A stretch of 48,570 bases of DNA, filler included, from Sphacelaria rigidula (taxonomy: Eukaryota), in assembly GCA_964200075.2 (NCBI GenBank). It is 3 parts of 3 records of this genome, joined end to end, with 100 filler letters (N's around TTAATTAATTAA, not from the genome) between each part and the next. Parts side by side here need not be neighbours in the genome. Positions count along the whole stretch, not along the records: positions 1 to 16,124 come from CAXNAA020001477.1; positions 16,225 to 32,348 come from CAXNAA020001478.1; 1 more part is not named here. One strand, given 5' to 3'. Below, one piece after another: positions 11,023 through 23,500 of the stretch (its first letter is position 1; every line of letters begins with the position of its first letter). The position numbers and the translations under genes are program-made. The notes under the pieces are model-generated. The model was not told the DNA's origin and searched no databases. It worked only from the letters and a program-made list of their open reading frames with translations.

Positions 11023-11226
11023 CAAGGGCAGGTCGGGCAGAGTGTACCCGATATTTTGGTATTTTGAAAAACTTGAGATCCGACCCATGCCTACAGCAGC
11101 AGCCAGTCCAGTGTTATCATTTCTTCCTCTGAAGCCCATACAAGTCGTTGTGATTGACTTCGGCAGGTGATGTGCGACGTATCAACAAACCAAAATATCG
11201 GGTCCGTCCTGCCCAACCTGCCCTTG
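11023..11226. mobile_element. hAT-type MITE
   Basis: TIRs caagggcaggtcgggcag / ctgcccaacctgcccttg. The 8-bp flanks taatcttg / gaatctta match at 6/8. An inverted partial copy lies at 11890-12007. Confidence 0.75.
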
Positions 11227-11496
11227 GAATCTTATCTCCTACAGTAGGGGCCCCGCCGCCGTGCAGTCAGGATCACTTGTGTCAAAAGTCCGATCCACGT
11301 ATATTAATGTAGAGTAAGTCCACCATACCATTTCTACCATGTTTTGCCCTCGTTATTATTCTGTTTTGGTTTTTGGTTTAGGTTTAGTTTTTTTTTTTGT
11401 CTACTTTCGGTTAGTCTGTTCTACCGTTATGTTTTTTCATTTCTTCCGCGAGTGTCGACGTTTTGTTTTGTCTCGGGTACGTCTACATCATTTGAC

Positions 11497-11548
11497 CACG
11501 ACTGGGTCCCTGGTGGATCAGTTGATGTGCGACAATCAATCAATCAAT
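11497..11548 (+). repeat. Retroposon 3' tail ending in (CAAT)n
   Basis: gactgggtccctggtggatcagttgatgtgcgac(aatc)n. Related minus-strand copies lie at ~31757-31820 and ~40743-40790. Confidence 0.6.
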
Positions 11549-11669
11549 CGGATCAAGTGCGGGGTCTCACTATAAGACAGTCATGCCGATTTGGCGACCC
11601 ACCGCACTAGCCGGGACCCCTACCGGAGTGATACTTCAGCACATATAAGGCTGCCCCAGTCTACCAATT

Positions 11670-11840
11670 GCACTTAAATTTTGCATCCATGCGGGGACGC
11701 GTAGGGTAGGATGTACCCGATTTTGTGGTATGTTGAAAAACCGCACAACACCTGCGTAAAGTCAATCATAATGACTGATATACACAAAATCGGGTATACC
11801 CTCCCCCGCACGTCCTCGGATGGTTGCAAAATTTATGTGC
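11670..11840. mobile_element. Palindromic MITE related to the 11023 element
   Basis: gcacttaaattttgcatccatgcggggacg is inverted to cgtcctcggatggttgcaaaatttatgtgc. It shares the tacccgat-tttg internal motif with the 11023 element. Confidence 0.65.
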
Positions 11841-12821
11841 GCGTGGTCATACATGATCTCCTCTTGACTGAGGCAGACTTATAACAATAATATGGGCTTC
11901 AGAGAGGGGAACAAGAGCACTGGGCTGTTGTGCTGCTGTTGGCGTAGGTCGGATCTCCACTTGTCAAATACCAAAATATCGGGTATACCCTACTCGACCT
12001 GCCCTTGCAACCATCATGTACGGCTACCATGCCCCCCCCCCCACTCTAGTGTCTTTATCCCTCACTTCCAATCTCCGCCGTGTAGAGATGCGTGCCTGTT
12101 CTGGCTGCAACGGTACACGCGGGGAATATCGTTTCATGAGCAAGACCCCCCTGTGGTGGCCTTGGTACCTGAAGAAGTCGTGCGCAAACTCTTGCATTCA
12201 ATCGTATGGGCTGCGACATATTTTAGGAAGCGACAGCCGAAATCAAAGGAAGTTACGGCAGTAGTGTTATAATAGTGTTGGTCTTGACAACCTGCTAGGG
12301 TGAACTTGGCCCACTTGGTTTCTGGGCGGACACCGATATCCGGATCTTTGATGTGGGTTGTGCTCCTAGGGTGCGCAAGATGCGTTTTGGTCTGGATTGG
12401 CGCCACAGGCGCCGATTTGAGGTCTGGCAACGCACACTTTTCCTAGAATACGCTTTGCACCCCCCCTTACCCGAGGGTTCTCCGTATGCCTTCGTTGGGG
12501 TGGGGGGTAGGGTTAGAATTGAGGTTGGAGGTATTCGAAATAATGAAATTCCGAGAAAGTTCTTCACCATACAAAGTGGTGAACCTGAGTTACGATCGAT
12601 CAACCAAAATTAGTCTCTTCGCTGCTGCTATCACTTCATGATGCCCTAATTCTGGTTCAAACATTTTCCGCCCACACACTGTACTGTCTGTATTGGAACG
12701 GTCGGTGTACAGGATATCATAACTGTGTGTGTTTGGCCGCTCATCTGCGGGACTAGTGGTACTGTACACGTCACGGCTTCACGCCCGCATTCCCTCTTCT
12801 TTTTTTTATTTCGTTCTCCTA

Positions 12822-13075
12822 TGGTCCGACTGTCACCATTAGGGTGGAGAGAACGAAGGTTCGATTCCCGATGCGTTGGGTTTTTTCTTCGTAATGTCCG
12901 ATTGCCACCGTGGAAAGCGCGAGAACGTGAGTTGACGCGGTGCGGGAGTGCTGATAGTCATGACCCAATCCACGAGACCAAAATGCAAGGCGTGTACCAG
13001 AGGAGAGATGGGTTGATCCCTCGAGACGACGGACTCGTCCCGAGAAAGGGGAGAGGTTCAAAGTACGACAAATGA
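12822..13075 (+). mobile_element. tRNA-derived SINE family B (Asp-like head), copy 1
   Basis: Contains the anticodon-arm-like ccgactGTCacc and the B-box ggttcgattccc. It is homologous to 13661-13945. Its 3' part recurs at ~44412-44550 and ~16770-16800. Confidence 0.7.
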
Positions 13076-13169
13076 AAAATAAATGAATTAAAAAATTACA
13101 AATTCGTTCTCCTTGGAAAAACCATGTGACGATGCTGCCGTTCATTTTTTGTTTGGACCAATAGCCGGT

Positions 13170-13545
13170 CGCCCCGGTGGCTCAGTTGGTAGCCTCGAAA
13201 CCTTCTGACGGTTGGGTCGTGGTTTCAATTGTCGGAGCGATCTGGGATTTTTTCTCACACCATGCTTAACAGTGGAGAGCGACTATGTCGTGGGTACACC
13301 AAATTCGACGTAATGGTCGACGAGGGAAAGGGATTGCTAAGCCCCTCTCGCGATAAAAAATAAAGGCGAGCACCGCAGAAGGAAGGTGGAGTACAAAAAC
13401 CAAATAAAAAAAGAAAGAAGCTCCTGTGTTGACCTTGCTCCTGTGTGACCCCGGCTGGTGCGCCCATATATACCGAGAGGTGTAGCCCCCGGCGTCCAGA
13501 ATAGATGGGACGACAACACACACACACACACACTCACACTCACAC
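13170..13545 (+). mobile_element. tRNA-derived SINE family A with (CA)n tail
   Basis: A-box ggtggctcagttggt, degenerate B-box ggtttcaatt, a T-run, a conserved body and the tail gtccagaatagatgggacgac(ac)n. Further copies start at 16881 and 40150. Confidence 0.85.
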
Positions 13546-13660
13546 AAGGGCTTGCACTCTCTGGCGCGAGTCGCGTTACCATCGCGCTGAGACTATTGCG
13601 ATAATCATTGAAGCCACTCCGACGGTGACTGAATTACTCGCGACAATGACCCCCCCCCCC

Positions 13661-13945
13661 CCGGTGGTGTAAATAAAAATAGTCCGACTGTCACCATGAG
13701 GATGCAGCTATGGTGGGTTCGATTCCCGATGCGTTGGGTTTTTTCTTTGAAGTATCTGATATCCACCGTTGACAGCGTGAATACGTGAGTAGACAAGATA
13801 CAGTCGACTGAGTTTGTTTGGCGAGAGTTCACGCGGTGCGGGAGTGCTGAGATTCTGATTGCTTCATCCCTTGAGACTAGTAGACGACGGGCTCGTCCCG
13901 AAGAAGAGGAGGGGTTCAGAGTGTGACACTTAGTACAATGAAATA
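13661..13945 (+). mobile_element. tRNA-derived SINE family B, copy 2
   Basis: A-box-like ggtggtgtaa, ccgactgtcacc, B-box ggttcgattccc and tail gggctcgtcccgaagaagagg. Confidence 0.7.
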
Positions 13946-15062
13946 ATGATGACTGATACTCTACCGACAAAGATTGAAACAAATTCTCATTTTTTTTCGT
14001 CCGCTCCATGTGTCTTCCTCCCCAGTAAGTTATTTCCCGTCCCGTCCTTTCTTTCCTTATATATTCTTCCGTTCTTCCCTCCCCCCCGCCCATTCCGTGT
14101 TCCTTCGTCATTATTATCTTCCCCCATCCTCCAGCAACATGGGCGCCATCGCGATCACCGATCCGAGGAGCACCTGGCGCTAGCTCCCAAAGCTCTCAAG
14201 TGCCTTAGCACGGCCCTCTCGTTGCTGGACGCGAAAAACCGTAAGTGTCAACACGCGAACGAACACGTCAAAAAATATATCTCCTCCCTTCTCTTATGTC
14301 CTACTCCAGATTATTCAGTTGTAACTCTCGAGAATGGGTGCTTGGACTTATCATTATGACCTTAGATCGGTCCTCTGATGCTTTATTAATAGTCGTTCAT
14401 ACTATTGGTTTTGATTTTGCCTTGCCCATTTGATACAACTTGTATTGGAAGACATTATTTCCGGAACAATGGTGAGCGCTTTTCTTGTTTTTTTGTCACG
14501 AGTCGCCTATGCATACTCCCGCGAGTCAACACGCAAAAGAAGTTCCCAACCAATGTAAAAAAATAGGTGAAGTTTTGAGTACATTCTGTATTGCGTTGTA
14601 CTTTAGTAAGCAAGTATTGGTTGCTTCGTAAGGTCTACTGCGTCAGTCATTCAAGATGTCGAGGGGGAGAAATATGCTGTATGTTATGTAAATAGCTCGA
14701 GCAAGTACTTGTCTCCTCAAGGCAGAGACTAAGGCGGTAAATATATGTAAATATATATGGAATATGATATGAAAACTAGACAAGGCTTTCTACGCTCCAG
14801 GCGCGCGCGACTGGTGATTTCTTCATGCGTCTTACTCATGCGGCCATTTTTACCAAGGCATCATTGGGGGTAACGGACCTCGCCAACTACGAGCTTGTGC
14901 CCACCCCCTCCATTTTCGGAAGAGCTTACTATGGGCCTTGAGGACGGGAGGGATGAGGCACACACCCTCTGATAAGGCGTTACCCTCACCCCCCTCCCCA
15001 CCCCCCTCCCCCATGAATACCATAGATGATGACGAAATCATGTACAAGGCCAAGGGTCTTTA

Positions 15063-16124
15063 CGAGCTGGGCCAGCCTAGAGGCGGGTTTGAAGTTTACA
15101 TGCGTCTGTTCACCCCAATATTTAGAGTTGGAACGTAAAATTTGGTATAGTCAATGCATGGGGCATTACAAAAAAAGTCACCTCGGTACCATTTTTTTTC
15201 GTGAGTTAAGGGCATTTTACTGATATCTGAAAACTGATTATTGCCCTTAAGTCATGAAAAAAAAGAAGAAACCTTTTGGTTCCGAGGTAATTTTTTTTAA
15301 TGCCCCATGCATTTTCCAGACTAATTTTTACGCTCCAATTATAAATATTCGGGTGAGCAAACGCCTTTTAGAAACCGGATTGGTAGAAATTCGGAACGTT
15401 ATTTCGAAGGCCACTCACCGGCCCACGTTTGGTTTTCGTGTATTGAAAAGTTGTGTGGGTGCTCTCTAAGGTATGATCAACAGAACAAAGTGGGTCAGTT
15501 TTTCTTCAATTATTTTTTTCACTGGTTGAGGGCGTTCTAGTATGGTGAAGACTATTTCTTCGAGAACGCCCTAACCTCTATGAAAAAATGAAAGTAAAAT
15601 GTAGGCCATTTTTTTCGTTCGGCACACTTTTGTGGTTCTTCATGCTAACTTTCAAATCACAATTATAAAAATGGAGATAAGACCTAAGAGCAACGTTCAT
15701 TTCTCCTCAAAACTCCACTAGAAACACGAAAAAAAAAAGGAAAAAAAAGGGAAAACGTGAAAACAGGTAGCAAGCTGTTTTATTTATTTATTATGCACTA
15801 GTGGTTCACCACACGAAATATTTTGAAACTCTCAAACACTGAGACGCAATATCCAGATTTAGATAATGTAGTGCCTCTGCTCGTAATATATTGATTCTAG
15901 TATAGATACCTATGTGCGCCATATCTCGAGATGGGTCGCAAACCAGGTGAAGGTGAGGGTATCTATCGTATCCCCTTGCTCCAGAGAATGTCCACACCAA
16001 AAATCGCCGTCATCCGCTGAAAGCTTCGATCGGGGGTTTCATAGAGATTTTAGTACAGACGCCATCTCCGTTAGGTATAGGAATTACTAGACATGGGGTT
16101 TAATCAACGAGAAGATATGGGCCC
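15063..16124 (+). mobile_element. TA-target 1.1-kb DNA transposon, copy cut by the segment end
   Basis: Starts TA|cgagctgggccagcc and is colinear with 6535-7500. Confidence 0.85.
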
Positions 16125-16224
16125 NNNNNNNNNNNNNNNNNNNNNNNNNNNNNNNNNNNNNNNNNNNNTTAATTAATTAANNNNNNNNNNNNNNNNNNNN
16201 NNNNNNNNNNNNNNNNNNNNNNNN
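16125..16224. other. Artificial contig linker
   Basis: 44 N + TTAATTAATTAA (stops in all six frames) + 44 N. Confidence 0.97.
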
Positions 16225-16648
16225 TTGAGATCTCTCCGCCAAGGTATGTATACTGGTCTACGATCTGCAGTTCCTCTTCTCCCCACTTCCATTTCAACTC
16301 CACCAGATTCTTCCTATCTTCGTTACAGACGAATACCGCGCACTTGTTAACATTCGCTGTCACTCTCCATTTCCTGGTGTATCCTAGCGCCTTGTCTATC
16401 TGTTTTTGCAATCCTTCTGCTGTTCCTGAAATGCCCGCAAAATCATCTGCGAACATCAAACCTGATATCACGTCTTGACCCACCTTGACTCCTTGATTTG
16501 CTGCTTCCATTGCTATTATCAAGTCATCAATGAATACCTAGAATAACGTGGATGATAACGTACATCCTTGTGCAACTCCTCGTAAAATATCAAAATATTT
16601 TGATATTTCCCCGTCTAGCATCATGGCACTTTTGGCACATTCTGTCAT
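16225..16648 (-). mobile_element. LINE reverse-transcriptase fragment (disrupted)
   Basis: MMLDGEISKYFDILRGVAQGCTLS...GLMFADDFAG...KWRVTANVNKCAV...YTYLG contains the GVxQG and FADD RT motifs. There is an in-frame stop near 16540. Confidence 0.92.
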
Positions 16649-16880
16649 CGTGGCGGGCATTTACAACGCTGGACTTTAATGAAAAGAAAATTTAAAGGAC
16701 TCGATATCGTGAAGTGCAAAGTGGCAATAGCGTTACCTCCTGTGAGGGAAATTGAGTGATGAAGCCGTTGAGACTATGAACTCGTCCCGAGAAGGGAGAG
16801 ATGGGAAAAGTAAAAGTGGGGGCAGTAAGATTGAACCAGGGTCCTAATCGTTCGTGTCATGATGTACGTCATATATGTAG

Positions 16881-17255
16881 GTCCCCGGTGGCTCAGTTGG
16901 TAACCTCGAAACTTTCTGAGGGTTGGGACGCGGATCCGAATCTCGTTAAAGTCACACGATCTGTTTTTTTTTTCTTTATCACATTATGCCCAACGGTGGA
17001 GTGCGACTATGTCGTGGGTACACATAGTTGGACTTGACGGTCGACGAGGGAAATGAACCACTGAGCCCTTCTCGCGATAGAAAAGTAAGGCAAGCACCGG
17101 AGAAGGAAGGTTGTGCGCTGAAACAAGATAAAAAAATAATTCCCCCCTGTATTGGTCTTTCTCCTGTGTGACCCCTGCTGGTGCGCTCACATATACCGAA
17201 GGGTAGGTGATGACTGGCGTCCAGAATAGGTGGGATGGCAACACACACGCACACA
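16881..17255 (+). mobile_element. tRNA-derived SINE family A copy inside an intron of the TLDc gene
   Basis: A-box ggtggctcagttggt, B-box ggatccgaatc, and a body and (CA)n tail homologous to 13170-13545. Confidence 0.85.
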
Positions 17256-17342
17256 CTGTTCGGTGAGGCGAGAGGCATACATTATACGTCGTTTGAAAAC
17301 AACCACCGGTTTCCCGCCCACTCCGACCCAAATGAATCGCAG

Positions 17343-17581
17343 GAGAGCCAAGAATACTATGGCACGGGCGAGTCGTTCGTGTTTTCTTTTCACCCGACCT
17401 TCAAGGTACATCGCTGGACAGGCGCCAACGACTACTTTTGTATTTCGCACGAGTCGTGGTTGGCCATGGGCGGTGGAGGGGGTGGATTCGCGTTTCAGCT
17501 GGATGACGAGCTCGATGCCGGGGAGAGCAACCCGAGCGATACCTTTGGCAGTCCTCGCCTGTCGTCCAATGAGTTTTTCAA
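17343..17581 (+). CDS. TLDc-domain protein (OXR1/NCOA7-like), penultimate exon; the 5' exons lie outside this segment
   Basis: Bounded by AG and GTGAGG. ESQEYYGTGESFVFSFHPTFKVHRWTGANDYF...LAMGGGGGGFAFQLDDELDAGESNPSDTFGSPRLSSNEFF carries the classic TLDc motifs YGTGESF, WTG.N.YF, GGG.G.F.L.LD and S.TF. Confidence 0.93.
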
Positions 17582-17666
17582 GTGAGGATCGTTCTGTGTT
17601 GTTTTGCGTGCTTGTTTTTTTAGAGGCCGTATTGTCTTGTCTTGTCAGCGGTTATGTTTGTGGTTA

Positions 17667-17787
17667 GGGGTGGGGGTGGAGGTGTACTCATGAATTTGCA
17701 TGCCGTAAGTCATAAGATCATTGACTTCGCGCCCTTACAGAGCCGGGACGGAGCACGCCGAGTTTTTGTTGGATCAGGCTCGCACTA
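17667..17787 (-). mobile_element. 3' tail fragment of the poly-C SINE-like retroposon, in the TLDc intron
   Basis: Reverse complement of the tail at 8385-8490, including the C-run. Confidence 0.7.
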
Positions 17788-18280
17788 TAGTAAAAATCCC
17801 TGTCAGGCCTCGAAGTCGAGTCAAGGCGCTCGGGGGCACAATCGGTATCCCTTGAGCAACGTTAACCACACCCATGTCTGTGTGGTTGGGGGTGGGGATA
17901 GGGATGTTCACGTGTTGAGATGTTGATTGTGACTGTCCTTGATAGGGGTGATCACATGTTGAGTGATGGATTGCGATTGTTGTGGATGTGCTGTGTCGGC
18001 GTTTTTTGTCGTGAAAGTCATTTTTGAAAGCCGTTCATGTTTCTTGTCGGGTACTTGCTCACTTACTTACTCACGTACTGCAAGTAGCTGAATACATACA
18101 TGTCAGCCGCTCTGGAGACTTTTCGTTGTGTAATCGTGCATGCGCGTGGTGCTCGTGGTGCTTGGTTCGTTGCTTCCCTTAGAGAAGTAGCAAAAAAATA
18201 AACGCGAGCCGTCGGCCGCAGGTTGCAGCTGTTGCTCGCCACCGTCTTTACCAACCCGGGGCCTCGTGCGTTGAAAACAG

Positions 18281-18332
18281 GTGTCTGAACGTGGAGGTAT
18301 GGATTTTTGCCGACAGAACTATGAACGCCTGA
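18281..18332 (+). CDS. TLDc-domain protein, last coding exon
   Basis: Acceptor aaacag. The phase-2 splice restores K-CLNVEVWIFADRTMNA*, which contains the terminal TLDc F...VEVW motif. Confidence 0.9.
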
Positions 18333-20198
18333 CACAACGGCTGATCGAAGAGGTGCGGAGTGGGGGAGAGCGGGAGCTGGATGCCTCGTTGGTGTTTGCC
18401 CCCGATGGCTTTCAGCGCTGGGACCGCTCATGCCGAGATTTACACGAGGACGAGGTTCAACCTAGCCCAACAATTTATCAAGAGTATACAAATGTGTGTG
18501 TTTTGTTGTCTTGATTTTGATAAGAATTGTTTTATCGGAATATTGATGTGGTGTATATTTTCCTTCCCGACGCGAAAGGCAGCACGGTGCAGTACAGTAA
18601 ACTGTCGGGACCCGTCTCCGCGGTTTTGTGTTGTGGGATCGGACGAAGGAATCATCCATCAGCTGGTAAAAGCGTGTGCTCTCGACAGGGCCGCTGTGAT
18701 ACGTGTGCAGTGTCTGTTGGGAGGGACTCAAGTAAATGTACCTATTGTTGTTTTACTCGAGTTTTGCGTGGGGCGCCCTCCGACTATGACTGGCTTGTGC
18801 CGTGTTTCCTAGTAAAGGTGCTTGCTGCACGTACGTTGTTTAGACTCGTGTGCGATAGGTTGTAAGTGGCGTTGATATGTAGACTGACGGCCTACCCACC
18901 CCTGTTGTCCATTCCGGGGACTTCTTGTAACAGGTAGGGGGCGGCGAGGTTTGAAAATATGTTTTTGGTTGGAACGCGGAGAAGAGTGCTGTTGAATTAA
19001 ACTCGCTAACGTATACCTCCTTCACAGCACAGTGTCACATATTATTTCGGACCCTCAATGGATGAGCACAGCATATGTGCGGGTCGATTCTGCCGACATG
19101 GTTGTTCTTCTCGTGCACGTATGTGTGCGTTTTCAGCGTCGTGATGATGCTGCCGTGTGGCATGGCCACTGTGTGCGTGTAGGCTACATTGCTTGTGTAG
19201 TGTCTTTCCATTCCTGTGGCACTACTTCCCGGCGCAACGCTGTGAGCATGGTGTTGTGGAGGTACTTGGGTATGGCAGATAGCTCGCCCCAGAGGTTAGC
19301 AGTCTCAACGGCCCTGCCGTTCGCCAGCTTGTTGTGCACTCGTGTGTTTTCCTCGGAACGTGTTTGATTTGCAGCACGGGGCTATGGGTTATTCATCACT
19401 CACTACTGTGAGAGATACAAGACATGAAAGGACAACGGTCGAGCGAGACGATAGGGTTTAGATTCTCTGTACAGTCACAAGTAAGTCACGAGTGGCTCAT
19501 GTGGTAGTGCCACCTGTGAGATGGACAGACAACAGTGTCATGAGCATCCATGGTTCAAGTGCGATGGAACAACAATTCTCTCTCCTTTGTCTCTACTACG
19601 TTTCTTCACCTTTTTTCGGCAAGAGTATTTTCGGTAAGTTCTCCCCTTGGCTTTCCCCTCCTGGCCCATGTCTGGCCCCGTATCCAGGGCTGTGTCGTAG
19701 GATGCAGCAGGGAAAAAGTCAAGCCCGCGTGAGGACGGCAAACCCACCGTGGGTACGGCCGCTCCCGACACGAACGTCGGATACACCAACCCTTACACCA
19801 ATAGACAGACCGCCGCTTAATGTGAGGCCGTTGTTGTGTGGGACATTAAACATAATTTCATCCCGCCGCCGCTCCGTGCTTGTATATTCAAGGGAGCTGC
19901 AGACCCCAGAAGTCGAGCGAAGACATGTGTGACAAACTGCGTATTAGAATCACATTACGATACATTGAACTGGTGAAATTTTCGAAATTAATATTTCTGC
20001 TGTGTAATTTGACCATTAAATACGAAAGTATCCCGCTGTGGGAATCCGCCCGTTCGCATCTGGACCGGTTCTTGTATTATTTCTTTTTGGTTCGAGGAAG
20101 CCTGTATGTCTCGGCCTGTGGTTGAAATGCAGAAAACACTAGCAGTATGCCCTGTGCGCACTTACTGCTTTGTGTTGCTCATCTCCCGGTGAACCTTT

Positions 20199-20449
20199 CA
20201 CGCGTCGGACAGATCACGACCTGTCTGAAACAATAAATCAAAGATTCCCGTATCCGTTGATCCAAAAACACGAAATATGTGACCGCGGACGGAGTCAGAA
20301 AAGCCAAAGCGCAACCTTTGTGCTACCCGCCCGTCTCGGCGTCCAGCGCTGTGAGGAGCAAACATGGAAAAGGCGGGGCAATCAATGATCTGGATCATGA
20401 TCCAGATCAGAAGCGATTTTCAGACGGATCGTGATCTATCCGACGTGTG
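20199..20449. mobile_element. hAT-like MITE with CACACGTCGGA-type termini and GATC repeats
   Basis: TIRs cacgcgtcggacagatcacga / tcgtgatctatccgacgtgtg. The 8-bp TSD gaaccttt / gaacgttt matches at 7/8. Confidence 0.85.
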
Positions 20450-20481
20450 GAACGTTTTCCCGTGAACTAAAGCTCCTTCAA

Positions 20482-20582
20482 CCCTTCATAGACGACGAGG
20501 GAAGGTCATCTGTCGAATCGGCATCGACTTCACTTGAAAAAATTATGTGTGGTCCAGATGGACTACCCTCGCGGTGTAAGGG
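20482..20582. mobile_element. piggyBac-like MITE
   Basis: tcaa|cccttcata...gcggtgtaaggg|ttaa, homologous to 47933-48033. Confidence 0.75.
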
Positions 20583-23500
20583 TTAAAATTGCTGAGCAAG
20601 TATGTACGCACTCAGATCGAGCGTTTCTGTGCTTGAGCACTCCCCGGGTACTTCCACAACGAGGACTGGGACCCTACGAGAAAATACGCGGTGGAGTCGA
20701 AAGACTCAATAATTAAGCATGAAAATCACGGCTATGTTGGGACAAGACGCTAGAAATGTATTTCTTCCCTGAGAATTCTAGCTCAATTCTACCCATCGCA
20801 GCAAATAAACTGTGAATGGTGCAATTCGCGAAAGCTGGTACAACAGCAGATCCACCTTTTGCACAATAAACATAATGGTCGTTTTCCATTCTAGCGTCCG
20901 AAACGAGATCGAACTGCGAACGGGTATCAACCGTGAGGGAAAGGGCTTATATGAGCTGAGGAGGTTGAGAAAAACTCGTCTTTTTTTTTTCTGCAGTATC
21001 GCTGCGTCTATCAATTGTGTACGACATATTATCTGAAAAATACAGCAGGAGATGTGAACACGATTGCTGTGCATTAGATGCACAAATTCCTCACAGCAGC
21101 GCAGTGACGAAAAAAATGCTTCATCTTCACCAGGAGCGAGCGGACATCGGTGACTGTTTTTGATTCCTCGTTCAAGTCGTGAAGAGCATTTGAGGCAGAC
21201 ATCAGACACACCCAGAGACAAGTCCTGCCAAAGTCAGCAGACCAGTCAGCAGTCAGCAGACTGGATTCGAGCAGCTATCACCACAGTGTGCTCGCACGAC
21301 ATCGAAGTCGGTAACATATTTGTTGACAGCAGACCAATATCCTGCCTGTCAAAATCTCGAGCAAAGAAAACGTGGGCAGGCGCCTCCGGTGTCGCAGTGG
21401 AATAAACACCCGTCGCGACCTAGCAAGTGTAGGAAGGCGCTCCAAGCAAACATCGCACACCCTCGCTTGCTGTTCTCTCCTCCCCCCCCCCGCCCTCCAA
21501 GAATTGGCGTACAACTGACTCAAGCGGTACTACTGCTCGCCCTTCACTCCGGCCCTGAGCGACATTTCACTCCACCCATTTGGCGTGAGATTATCAACGC
21601 AACGACCCGAACGTTCATAGTTTACAGCACCACAACAGATACGCTGGACTTCGAAGCGGGCGGTTCTATAGTGCGTGGGTGTTGCACGCACCTTTGCTCT
21701 TCCCAGCAATACTTAATACTCAGACAACAAAAGCAAAACACTCACAATAAGAACACAACGCTTGCAACTCGGCTCTACAGTGCTTACACCGTCCACGACC
21801 AAGGATGGACAAGATAATACGCCAAATTTGAGTGCTGACAAACAAAATATGGGGGGAAAGGTCAACACTAGATTAAGTATTTCCACGGTATAAACTCAAA
21901 ATCGGGGGGAAATGCTGCTCGCCTTCCACTCTTAACCTGCGCACGGCAGGCATCCACGACTATCCCATCAACTCACTTTTCTCATTCGGTATGAACAATT
22001 CTAGCCCCCCCTCTGCCGCCCTCCCCCCGGACCCCGTGCCAACAGTTCCAACATCTGTGTACCCACCCACTGCCCGCCTGCTTTACTTGACACCGTGATA
22101 TCTGTGTGCCATGTGACAATTCAAATCTAAAGGCACAGCTATATGTGTACCTGAGGTAAAGCCTCGAAGAGACATTTACGAGGGAGAGACGCTCAACAAC
22201 CCACCGGGACTGCAATCGCTGCACTGCAGATTGTCGAGCACACGCGATCAGGGCAGTACACAAAATGCAACATCCTATAATACAATAAAATGTTTCGTAC
22301 AAAAACGTTTCGCAAACTATTAATAATTAATAGTAGTCTCATCTGGGACACGACCCTCCTCTTCACTGTTCAGCACTCAACATCAGCCATCCATGTACAA
22401 CGCGGCCCTAAGGGGCAAATACACGAAAAACATAGATTCCAGCACTAGCGCTATAAGCTGCATCACACAACATTCCGACGCAGCATCACCGAAAACACGC
22501 ACTTATCTCAACCCCCTTGCTCGCCTCTCATCGAGGCTGCGTTAATACTCTGAGCTCGCACCTGTTAATCATACTGTGTGGATTTACTCCCTACTCCGTG
22601 CTCACAGCACAAATATTATCACAATCAATCTACAGTATTTGCAATCTCAAAGCCTTTGCACTGACTGGTACGGCACAGTAATACCCACCTAGAGTGTTCG
22701 GCTCTCTCATCCCCTCCCTGTCCTTGCTTGCCCTGCCCTATGGCGGCAGCGTTGCCTCGAGCTGTAGACCCCGCGACGTCACTCGAATCTCCCACATCGC
22801 CAAGTGGTATTTGGCGCTTTCCAGACGTCTCCGTAAGAGCCCAATTCAAAGCAAACCGACATCAATCACAACAGTAAAGTCATCAACCACGCGTGTGTTG
22901 TGTCGCCGAGTCATTGCTCACGCGTTTCTCAATACCCTCTCTGCACAGCCCACAGCGTCTCTCACTGCTACCAAACCGCGCTGAAATCGGTAGCCTATTC
23001 ACCATCGCAGGTCCTCGTCAAGGGTACTGATCAATCTCAGGTTTCGCTCGTGGTTACCTAGCTAATACATGTCCACACTCTACCGGGCACAGTGAAGATC
23101 CTACCGAGCATATCACATTCGCTTCGAGTCTTCATCTTCCGACACAACCACGTCCGCAGAATTCAGACCACAGTTTGTGGGGGATTCTGCAGACCCTTCC
23201 AACCGTACCCCATTCACTTTGGAAGCATCTCCAGAGGCGGGCAACACCGCACAAAACGTACATAACAAACATCATACGACACACTTCGTCGGTTTTCAAG
23301 GTCGTCCTCAAGCTAACTCATGTTTTCAAGCACACCTTTCACGTGTCACGCACATGAAGCACGTGCAGCACAGCACATCACCCCACCACCCTATCATCGG
23401 CTTCAACGCCTACAGTACAAGGCGCTCACCTCTGCACCCTAGCTCAAGGCTTGTAGACACCGACAACGAAACCAAGAACAAAACCGTTCACATGACGGAC

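Noticed and set aside
13170..13250. Functional tRNA genes (also at 12822, 13661 and 16881)
   Set aside because: No complete cloverleaf forms, and each continues into a multicopy SINE body.
16225..16810. Twin-primed (5'-inverted) LINE made of the minus-strand RT fragment plus the plus-strand tail
   Set aside because: The plus-strand tail matches SINE family B. Nothing visible ties it to this RT, and the other end lies beyond the segment.
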